Source: Lytechinus pictus | Lineage: Eukaryota | Assembly (NCBI RefSeq): GCF_037042905.1 | Contig: NC_087253.1 | Coordinates: 17,546,001-17,610,000 of the forward strand | Length of the DNA: 64,000 nt | Direction of reading: 5' to 3' | Shown: piece by piece, positions 37,408-47,425 of the stretch | How positions within the stretch are numbered: the first letter of the stretch is position 1 | How the letters are laid out: every line of letters starts with the position of its first letter | Program-made: the position numbers and the translations under genes | The notes under the pieces: model-generated | Seen by the model: the letters and a program-made list of their open reading frames with translations, nothing else | Databases searched by the model: none | What the model was told of the DNA's origin: nothing

Positions 37408-37577
37408 GGTGGGTGTTTCATAAAGCTGTTCGTAAGTTAAGAACGACTGGTGATCCTTTCATGTGTTAATTGGTGTACACCAAAATGTTCATTGGCGATG
37501 GTAAAAGCGCGTAAGGATCACTAGTCGTTCTTAAAGTCGCTCTTAACTTACGAACAGCTTTTATGAAACGGACCCCC
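37408..37577. mobile_element. MITE (family clustered at 39426-40050)
   Basis: gggtgtttcataaagctgttcgtaagttaaga ... tcttaacttacgaacagctttatgaaacggaccc-like termini. Confidence 0.8.
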
Positions 37578-37728
37578 AAGTAACAGATTTACCGAGGGGG
37601 GGGGGGGTGAGCGTTTCGTGGAACAATATGTCAGTAATCTTCACTAAAAATGTTATAGTCTACTGAAATCCGAATGAAATCCTTGAACCTGGATGTCCCC
37701 TTCACTACTGAGCGAGACCCTCGACTTA

Positions 37729-37971
37729 TACACTGTAAAAACTGTGGTGTTAAAACTGACACCAGTGGGTGTTAATAGAGGACCACACCCTCTGGTGTTA
37801 AAATTACACCCTAGAGATTGAATATAACACCAAAGAGTGTACATGTAACAACCAAAGGTGTTGCAATAACACCTATAGGTGCTAAACTAACACTGTCAAT
37901 TTAACACCGGTGTAAAATCACTGGTGTGGTCCTCTAAGTACACCGGTTAACACCGCAGTTTTTGCTGTGTA
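37729..37971. mobile_element. CACT-ended MITE flanked by TA
   Basis: ta-cactgtaaaaactgtggtgttaa ... ttaacaccgcagtttttgctgtg-ta. Confidence 0.8.
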
Positions 37972-38206
37972 CCATACATTGGATCCGTGTTTCAGCGCTA
38001 CTTGATGGTATGGATGGTATAGAAAACTTCGTCGCCCTGTATCAGCAAGTTCGCCATCTACGGCGAAAGTCTGAGGAACATCGGAAGCGAGTTATTACCC
38101 AAATTTATAATTGTTTCTAATACCGTTCACAAACTATCACGCTAATCAGACAAACGTCTCCGATAGCATCCAAAATGATATGAGTATATCTCCAAAGTAC
38201 TCCTAA

Positions 38207-38622
38207 AGGCGACCGCACACCTTACGACTGGTCTGCGACCCGATTTCAGAATAAATTGTAATAGAATTTGATGCTAATATTGAGACTTGGAATATCTTAC
38301 TGTGTAATGTTCGAAATCATCGTACGAATACCTATGATCAAATTTGTGACTATGCTATCATCCTTCTTAGAATAAAAGCGAATTTAATATCTAGTCGTAA
38401 TGACGTCATAGCAGTCTTACGATTGGCTACGATTTGAACCTAATTTGGACTTTACTCCAAAATAAGGGCTTGCAATCTTTCAAAATTGTTATAATATTAT
38501 TATTTCAATTAATTTCAACCTCAAATAAAATGATATGTTCCATTCACATCTTCAGAAAATGAGCAAAATGCGATTTGTTCCTAAATCGGGTCGCAGACCA
38601 GTCGTAAGGTGTGCGGTCGCCT
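38207..38622. mobile_element. PIF/Harbinger-like MITE, intact
   Basis: TAA TSD at 38204-38206 and 38623-38625; ~40-bp TIR aggcgaccgcacaccttacgactggtctgcgacccgattt. Confidence 0.9.
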
Positions 38623-39425
38623 TAACATGCCTAAGGAGAGCTGCTATTTTATGAAATTAAGAAATAAAGAAAAATCATCTTCTTTTATTTCAATTTCCTC
38701 AAAATTTTCAGCAATCGAGTGGGCAGCATCCTTCCGCAGAGAAAATTTTAAATGGTGATGAAAATATTAGTAGTTTCGAAGACGAAATGTATTATATCAA
38801 AACCATGCGGACCATAGTCTACAAAACGCTCACACACACACACACACACATCCCACACTTTTTCCAACACAACCTGACACCTCTACATACACAGCTCATT
38901 TGAAATATTACTTTACAAGTGAGGACATCTCATATAAAAGACTAGTAATACTTAATCCTTCTATATGCGAGAACATACATGGTCCGTTTGCGAGGTACGC
39001 ATACCGAGGAGGTCATCGGTGTGTTGTGCATTCGTCCTCGGTCCAAATGTGAAATTCTTACGTGTGCCCTCATTTTTTAAAATGGGTAAGCGAACACCTC
39101 ACAACCATAATTATGCTCACGTATGTAATTGATCCAGGTCTCATACAGCTCAAACATACGGGAGTGAATTTTTACCATTTCTCAGCGTGAATTAAACATA
39201 CACCATGTGAAATGATGACCACCAGAAGTGGTACTTCTGAAAAGATGTTCATAAGTTACGAATGGCTTGACCTAGGACTAGAGACTTGTTTTCCACTGCT
39301 ATATCAGATTTTCAAAACTTCGAATGAATCCATCAGCTGAAGTTAAATTCGATCTCTATAAATATAAAATTTTGATTTTTCTTAAGCGCTTAAATACCAA
39401 AATATAGAAAAGATCTATGCTCCTG

Positions 39426-40050
39426 GCGGGTGTTTCGTAATGCTGTTCGTAAGTTAAGAGCGACTTTAAGAACGACTGGTGATTCTTGCTTTTGGTCAAT
39501 GGTATTTACCAAAATGTTCATTGGCGATGATTTAGCGTGTAAGAAAGGTTCATCCGTCGTTCTTAACTTACGAACTGCTTAATATGAAAGACCCACCCGA
39601 TGTTAGAACTTCCATACTTTTGTTATCCCATCCTGCGGAAGACCAGGGGCCGTTTCATAAAGCTGTTCGTGAGTTCAGAGTGACTTTAAGAGCGACTGGT
39701 GATCCTTTCTTGTGGTAAATGATATTTAGAATTAATGCTCGTTGGTGATTATTTAGCGCGTAAGAAAGGTTCACCAGTTGTTCTTAAAGTCGCTCTTAAC
39801 TTCCGAACAGCTTTGTGAAACATCCACTAGGTATAGGTGTTTATAAAGCTGATCGTATAATCACGTTTGAACTTCCGCACGACTGGAACATGTTCTTAGG
39901 TGTCAATAGGTGCCAATATAGGGTTTATTTAGCACAATAGTTAATGGCGACCAGGGATCCGTAATTACCAAACAGCTTCATATCCTAAAAACACCAACTA
40001 GGTTCCAGTCGTGCATAAGTCGCGGGTACCTTACTACCAGCTTTGTTGAA
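39426..40050. mobile_element. Cluster of three adjacent related MITEs
   Basis: Units at ~39426-39598, 39645-39827 and a more diverged 39833-40050, each with tttcataaagctgttcg/cgactgg motifs. Confidence 0.7.
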
Positions 40051-40463
40051 CCGTCACTGATATTCTCCCCTTTTGAAACTCGGGGTCATATTCACAATAT
40101 GATCAATATGATAAAAAAAATGCAATCATTTCGTTCTATTGCTGAAAAGAAGCGAACCATGTCAATGCATTTCTTTCATTAGCGCTACAAACCGCACAGC
40201 CATGACAACTACAGAGCCTGCATATTTGAATTGGGTACTTATTAGTGATGGATGTCTATATCATAGTTGCACAGTAACATCCCCGATGCTCTGAACTGCG
40301 CATGGATTCTGCCTACATACCTACCAAATAAATATTAACTTTAATACTTTCTCAGTGGTCATTCATAAAGACAGGGTTATTGTTTGTTTTTGAGGAATCA
40401 TTAAATAACCATATATTTATTTTGTCAGTGTTGAATGTCTAGTTTACAAAAAACCCTTAAATG

Positions 40464-40499
<36 letters not shown>

Positions 40500-41718
40500 T
40501 ATTTGAGTACTTTGTTGAACATGTTGAAGGGACCAACTGTTGCCTTTGTCCGTGTGTGCAGTGAAAAAAAAACCATCCCTAAACGTGAGTACAGAAGAAG
40601 CAAACGACCAAGAGCAAAAGTAGGCCTACTGCGTAGGCGTAGACAGGATGTGAAGGAAAAGCCCGTGAATTTGTAAACGATGATCTTGAACTTTAACTTG
40701 AACTATGTTTTGCCACGTCTTTCGAAGTATGATAAATGTGACAATATGGTTACGAAATATAAGATAAGCCCAAAAAGGCAGTATATGAACACAAACAAAA
40801 GGTGAGATCTATGTAAACTTACAAGCGAGTATTATACCAAGACATATTTGAATTACTATGGTCATCCCCCAAACATGAAATTAATCTCTTTCTCCACCCC
40901 GACACGTTGTTTCAATCCCTTGTTAGGGCAAGCAGGGGGCGGAGATAATAGAATGCATAAGAGTAGCGAAATTTATTTGATGGCATCAAGTTTATATATA
41001 CATATATATTTTGTCATGATACACCATTTCTGTATAATTACCGTTTCCACTTTATATGTCTTTCATTCATGTATTTTTAAATGAATGTAATGTAGATCTT
41101 CAATAATTTTTTTTAAAACAATTTTTATAAATCCCGATACAAATTTCCTTTATAAATTCAATTGAATTTATAAAGATTAAGAAAAAAAAGAGCAGTAATC
41201 CCGACAAGCCGGATTGCGTCCTAGATCAGTTACAAGCAATGTGAATGATATCAGCCAGGTGCCACAAAATACACATAATCATACATTACTATCTATTAGT
41301 ACGCCATTGTCACAATAATTTCGCAAATGCACGTAAACAATATAATTTCAATTTTTCTTGGGCAACGGTGTATAACCACACGTCACAATGCGGGCTTTGG
41401 CATAAAGGCTGGCTTTTTTTCGTTCAATAGCATTTCTGATCGTCATATACGTGAAAGGTGAGACCGCATCTGTGTCTATGTCCTTTAGAGACGACTGCTG
41501 GAGTTGGTGTATAGCTGTAACTACCAACTGGTGTCTATTGTGAAATTATGAAGTGGGAAGTACAGGATTATATAAATTCGCCTACCATCATGGGAGTCTC
41601 TGCGCCATTTCCCAAAGAACTACGCCTTCTGTCCTTTGGATGAAACCGGCAATGACTGGAGTATTAGGAAATATACACAAACAGACTCCGAAATATATTT
41701 GATATTTTCAGTGGTGCT

Positions 41719-42819
41719 ATGAAGATGATGAGATGCAGATTTTTGTGGAGGGTTGTAATGATGTGTGGGGCTATGTACGTCATATGCGTCTACCATTTGA
41801 CCACATATCCTGGAAAATTGGTACGGGTGTCACCGAAGCCTAACCCAATGAAAGTTGGATGGTTAAAGAAAGTTCGCTGGACACCTGGAACCTTAAAAGT
41901 TGATATCTACGACTACTCGATAAATCCTGTGAATACGTGTAAGACAAATGATAGGAGGAACACCACATTACTCATCCTGATAAAGTCAGCACCATCGCAT
42001 AGGTCACGCAGGCAAGCTATTCGTGAGACATATATCAGCGACATTAAAAGAAACAACATGTCTGTCAGGGTTTTATTTATATTAGGAAATACCAAGTACG
42101 AACGTGAGCGAGAACTCATTAAAACAGAGGCTGATGAACAGAAGGATATTTTGCAGGCAGACTTCAATGATCATTACTATAACCTGACTATTAAGCTCAT
42201 TATGGGTTTCAAGTGGGTCACCAACTTCTGTAGGAATAGTGAATTCGTGATGTCGATCGATGATGACGTGATGCTCGATATTTTCACACTTTTTGAGGAT
42301 TTACAAACTTTCAAGGGGAAGAATCGGACAAACTTCTGCTTGGCTAAACCGAATACTTGGCCACCTGACCGGAAAGAAGACAGTAAATGGTACTGTCCGA
42401 AGGCGATATACCCATATGAAGCTTTTCCTGTGTCACCTTACGGGCATGGATACGTTCTTTCGCAGGACGTCGTACGGAAACTCTACGATGCCTCAAAGAC
42501 ATTGCTACCGGTAGTGCCTTTTGATGACGTCTACTGCGGTATGCTAATGAACGTGAAAAGCATCGGTATTATCGACAGACAGAAATTTCATAAAAAACGT
42601 CACCCAGATAGCAAGGCAGGTGACTATTTAAGATTAGAGTTAAATACATTCGAAATGAAAAGGGCCTGGGAAGACTTCGAGGGATTCTTTAAGAAAAGGA
42701 GACCCGACCGATATGAAAGGCTGAGAAAACCATCATCGGTCACTGTCCCATTATTATTATTATTTTCAGTATTAGTTATAATTATCATCTTGTGTAGTGT
42801 ACTTTCTAATTGTGATTGA
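41719..42819 (+). CDS. GT31 beta-1,3-glycosyltransferase paralog D, 366 aa, two hydrophobic segments
   Basis: ORF 41719..42819. Motifs LLILIKSAP, RRQAIRETY, DILQADFNDHYYNLTIK, SIDDDVML, SKWYCP, GHGYVLS, FDDVYCGM; C-terminal VPLLLLFSVLVIIIILCSV. Confidence 0.93.
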   Translation: MKMMRCRFLWRVVMMCGAMYVICVYHLTTYPGKLVRVSPKPNPMKVGWLKKVRWTPGTLKVDIYDYSINPVNTCKTNDRRNTTLLILIKSAPSHRSRRQAIRETYISDIKRNNMSVRVLFILGNTKYERERELIKTEADEQKDILQADFNDHYYNLTIKLIMGFKWVTNFCRNSEFVMSIDDDVMLDIFTLFEDLQTFKGKNRTNFCLAKPNTWPPDRKEDSKWYCPKAIYPYEAFPVSPYGHGYVLSQDVVRKLYDASKTLLPVVPFDDVYCGMLMNVKSIGIIDRQKFHKKRHPDSKAGDYLRLELNTFEMKRAWEDFEGFFKKRRPDRYERLRKPSSVTVPLLLLFSVLVIIIILCSVLSNCD

Positions 42820-43169
42820 TGTCCTAAGCATAGGGGCAGTTGTATTGAGATCAGATCTTTTGTAATGTGGAGATTTCTCTACTGGTCCAGGGTCAAACCA
42901 TTCTCAAGAAACAAATGTCCACCATGAAAGATTACTGTTATCTCCCATCTGGTATACCCGCCGCTGGTTCATTATCCATACCTATTGCTTGCCAAGTGTT
43001 GAGTATGCAGTTCTGGTAAAATCATGTACCAATGAACCCTAGGTGTGGTTCATCACCAGGGTTACTTTAAGGTTATGTTCTTCTTAATGAAATTTTAGGA
43101 ATTATAGTGAATGACAGCAAGTGGTAAAGACAATCCTGCAGCCAGATCGCATCGTAATGAACTCAAAAT

Positions 43170-43610
43170 GCATCTCAAAGACTATATACTGAAGGCTTAG
43201 CACCCGCCTTGAAATATCTAAGCAGTTGCAGCTGATGACAGTAGTTGGTAAAGGAAGTTTTAGAACCTGATACAACGTCTCGGTAGTTCTTCTAGGTGGA
43301 CTCGAAATGCAGCTCAATGACTCGACAGAAGAACTGTGGAACTATAAGCACCGATCATCTCCTGCTTGAAAACCCCTTTGAGGGGGTTGATGACGGCAGC
43401 AGCAGATATTCCGTTTCACAGCTTGATAGTGTTCTGATAGTTGTTGCAAATGAACATGAAATGCCACTCCCAACCAGGCCGAAGAACAGCAGAGCTGAGC
43501 AATATACACTACGAATCCTGCCCGAAGATCTTTAAAGGAGTTTGATGACAGCAGGTGATGAGGTTTTCGCACCCTCATAGCGCCTTGATGAATTTCGCAG
43601 TGTGTGAGTA
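43170..43610 (-). pseudogene. Possible decayed SH2 + SOCS-box (SOCS/CIS-like) pseudogene
   Basis: Minus-strand frames in the expected order: HQGAM...HHLL, IFGQDS (FLVRDS-like), FHVHL, AVINPL, then QFFCRVI and LKLPLPTTVI..CL (SOCS box LQxLCR...LPLP). Several frameshifts and stops are needed. Confidence 0.3.
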
Positions 43611-43986
43611 CTGGCATAAGTTACATGGTACTCGCTTAGATTTGTTTAAAAAAAGTGTTGAAGAAACAGATGATTTGGGATGAATGTTTGGAAATTAATG
43701 AGCCATTTCATGAAATTCATAATATGTGTATGTTTTCCGCCGTTATGCAGTTTCGCATGAATTCTTGCCTTTCTGGTTACTTCATGAAATTGTGCTATCG
43801 CTACTGAGAAACATCTATCGTTGAAATGAACTATATCTTGAAAAGATGCTGACATTGGATGAATAGGGATAAGTGTAAATTCGGAAATAATCAAACAATA
43901 AATGAATAGTCATGGTTTATTTCTATGCCATTATACTTTTCGTGAATAATTCGGATCTACATGCCATTATCCAGTATCCAGTATTT

Positions 43987-44270
43987 GTGGGGGCTTCGTG
44001 GTCTAGTGGTGATGACTATCGTCTTTCAATCTGAGGGACGTTGGTTCGATTCCCAGCCATGGCGTGTTTTCCTTCAGCAAGAAATCTACCCACATTGTGC
44101 TGCACTCGACCCAGGTGAGGTGAATGTGTCCCCGGCAGGAAGAAATCCCTTGAATGCTTTAGCACCTTTATGGCAGCACAGCTAAAGCCGGCGTAGGTCC
44201 TTATAATAGCAGCGCTTTGTATCCTCAAGCAAAAAGCGCTTTATAAATCCAGCTATTATTATTGTCATTA
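43987..44270 (+). mobile_element. Full-length tRNA-derived SINE with L2-like tail
   Basis: A-box gtggtctagtgg, B-box ggttcgattccc, core tgctgcactcgacccaggtg, tail agcgctttataaat..(att)n. Confidence 0.85.
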
Positions 44271-44356
44271 GTATCATCCTCCTTGCAAAGTAAAAAAAAT
44301 GTACTGATTGATAATCTTGGAAGGAGAATGATGGGATGGCCCTCATGGACCACCGT

Positions 44357-44740
44357 GGTAAATTGCAATTTCGTCTACTCCCAACTCGTCCACTCACCAC
44401 ATAGTCTACCTTCATTTAGTCTAATGCCATTCCCTCCATCAAAATTTCGTCTCGCAAGCATTTGGTCCAATCATCACTTCGTCTAATTACCATTTCGTCT
44501 CATGACCAGTTGGTCTAATATCCACTTAATTTTCATTCATTTTGCACAATTAACACTAATAGTCCAATTAGACCATATGGTATACGGACAAAATGGCTAA
44601 TGGACCAACTGGTTATTAGATGAAGTGTTTAGTGGACGAATTTGCTATTAGAGCATGTGGATAGTGGACGAAATGATGGTAGACCAAATGATAGTAGACG
44701 AGTTGGTGATTGGACAAAATAGACGAATTGATAATAAACC
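44357..44740. mobile_element. Foldback-type MITE built of tagacc/ggtcta short repeats
   Basis: Left half (ttcgtcta, ttggtcta) mirrors right half (tagacgaa, tagaccaa). Confidence 0.7.
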
Positions 44741-44912
44741 AACACCGCCCGTATCGCTGGGATGTGAAATATTTTTTGTACTTCACCACCTCCAGGTTTT
44801 TCTGTATTGCTTGACGATTTGGGCTAGATGTTCCTTGGATAACAACCATAATATCAAATGATATCCACATCAATAGGTCATAACATGTATAATACTTAAG
44901 ACATGAGTGTAA

Positions 44913-45254
44913 GGTTTATTTTCATTTGGTCCAATAGCCATTTCGTCCACTCACCAGTTCGTCTAATAACCAGTTGGTCCAATAGCCAATTTAGTCCATA
45001 TACCATTTGATCTATTTAGACTAAGTGTTAATTGGGCACAATGAATAAAAATTTAAAGAATATTAAACCAACTGGTTATGAGACGAAGTGGTCATAGACC
45101 AACTGGTGATTAGACGAAGTGTTGGTTGGACCACATGGTTATTGGACCAAATGGTTGTTAGACGAAATGTTGATGGACGGAATGGCATTAGACTAGATGA
45201 AGGTAGACCATGTGGCGAGTGGATGAGGTGGCAGTGGACGAATTGGCAATTTAC
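44913..45254. mobile_element. Second, inverted copy of the same foldback MITE
   Basis: Ends ...ggacgaattggcaatttacc, a close reverse-complement match to the 44357 start; a decayed relative lies at ~12200-12510. Confidence 0.7.
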
Positions 45255-45908
45255 CGAGCGTAATATTCAAAGGATATTCAGAAAAATAGAAACTGATTGC
45301 AAATATAAATGGGTCAAATCAGGAAACATCATTTTAATCTAACATGTGTATTATTCCCCTATGTCCTCTTTCAAACATTTAAAGCATAGAATGTGGATAG
45401 ATCAATTCGAAATGACCCTAAATTGGCCTCTGATACTTGACCCCTGAAAATTATTTCCCAGATTTTGTAGTACGACAAATTTATCGAAAAGAAATATTAC
45501 TTTTGTACATAATTGCTCTGAAATTATTGGGATGTACTTATCGTAAAGACATAAAAACACGCTAAAGGTGTCAGCGTACTGATGTCAATCACTAAAAGTA
45601 GTCGTTGATTTTGTTCCATTTGGAATGATGATTTTCGAACAATCTTGCGTATTTCAGTGGTTAATAAATACATGAATATAGTAAAAAAAAATATTGTGTG
45701 TGGGAAGGAAGTGGTGCATTTTTAGTATGCGTAATTTGTAGGATTTTTTGTTTAAATTCAAAGGAAGTGTTGTATTTTTATTTACGAAATGACCAGAAAA
45801 TTTCGGTCATTAATGGATTTCAAAGGTTCTTTTTAATGTAATTTTGCCTTTCCAAAGAAAAAAATCAGAGACTTTTAGAGGCCTGCATTATATGTGCCTT
45901 CAGTAATA

Positions 45909-46206
45909 NNNNNNNNNNNNNNNNNNNNNNNNNNNNNNNNNNNNNNNNNNNNNNNNNNNNNNNNNNNNNNNNNNNNNNNNNNNNNNNNNNNNNNNNNNNN
46001 NNNNNNNNNNNNNNNNNNNNNNNNNNNNNNNNNNNNNNNNNNNNNNNNNNNNNNNNNNNNNNNNNNNNNNNNNNNNNNNNNNNNNNNNNNNNNNNNNNNN
46101 NNNNNNNNNNNNNNNNNNNNNNNNNNNNNNNNNNNNNNNNNNNNNNNNNNNNNNNNNNNNNNNNNNNNNNNNNNNNNNNNNNNNNNNNNNNNNNNNNNNN
46201 NNNNNN
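45909..46206. other. Assembly gap (298 N)
   Basis: Run of N. Confidence 1.
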
Positions 46207-46416
46207 GCTGTTGTACATGTATTATCTCTCACATTTGTATAGTTTATTCCATACATGTACTTTATCTAAGCATTCGCTTTGATCCAGCTGAGGCAGGGCA
46301 GCTTGTCATTGTTCAAAACTCATATACACCCGATAAAAAACTATAATATGCCGGTGAGGTCAAAAATCTGCTTATCTGGCGGTCAATCGGATAGGGTTCG
46401 CCCTAGCCACTAACAC

Positions 46417-46487
46417 GTCAGCATGGTGGAGTGGTTACGGCACCGGCGTTCTAAGCTGGGGCAACGGGTTAGATTCCCGTCGGAGAC
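46417..46487 (+). mobile_element. Degenerate tRNA-like SINE head
   Basis: tggtggagtgg (A-box) ... gggttagattccc (mutated B-box). Confidence 0.45.
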
Positions 46488-47273
46488 ATTTCTTCTGCCT
46501 CACCAACATTTACAAAAGGGAGAAAATCTCTCTGGGGAAACTTTGATTTAAGCTACGCCAATCATGGCTCTCTATATTCATTTCTTTCACAGCATTTCAA
46601 TAATAAAAAAGAGTTACCAAAGCCGTTGTTCAAGTATAATTTCTCACATTCATATACATGTTTATAAATACGTATTTGAAGCTTACAATGATATAACGTC
46701 TTGGGGCAATATGGATAATCCAAGCGATTTTCAAACAATTCTAAGTAACAAAAAAAGTCATAAATGTTCTGTGATTTTTTACGTACCACAAGGTTTCCAA
46801 TGCAAATTTATTCACGTAGGCCTACTACAGTGTTCCACTTAGTAAAAGTTACTACCACAAATAAACGGAAAAGTACCGTACTAGTCACTTCTACATCTAT
46901 GTAGGTGTACTAAAAACTAATACAACATGACTAAGTCAAGTGAAAGAAAAGTCAACTTTTCGATTAAAAACATTCTGTCATAGATAAGCCATGTAGGACA
47001 TGCAAAATCATTTTTTTTTTCAAAATAGATACCCTGTCACAGATTTGCCATGTAAAGAGTTTCAACCCACCAATTGTTGAATGAAATTCGTCATACATTA
47101 TCATATTGGCATATGCAATACAATCAGTGATAAAAAAAAGGGCAAATGTAGAAGGAAAAAAAATGAAATTTTTGGTAGCCTCCCGTTCCAAGGTCACGCC
47201 CACCAGTATGTAAATGTTAAAAATCCACACTCGCTAAATTTTTACCCATGCAGGGGAGCATCCTTTAATCTCA

Positions 47274-47425
47274 TCAGGGACCCGTTTCAGAAAGAGTTGC
47301 GTTTAAACGCAAGTCAAAAAATCAATCGCAAGTCTCAAATGCGCGCTGTTGATTGGTTGAAAATCAAGTTGGGCATGATTTTTAGAGTTGCGATTGATTG
47401 CAACTCTTTCTGCAACGGACCCCAT
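47274..47425. mobile_element. Palindromic MITE (family of 12512-12663)
   Basis: gggacccgtttcagaaagagttgcg ... gcaactctttctgcaacggacccc. Confidence 0.85.

Noticed and set aside
44357-45254. Regularly recurring short repeats resembling a CRISPR array
   Set aside because: Eukaryotic context, degenerate repeats with mirror symmetry, no unique spacers and no cas genes; it is a foldback MITE.
45865-46346. ORFs of 117-150 aa
   Set aside because: Artefacts of translating the N gap.
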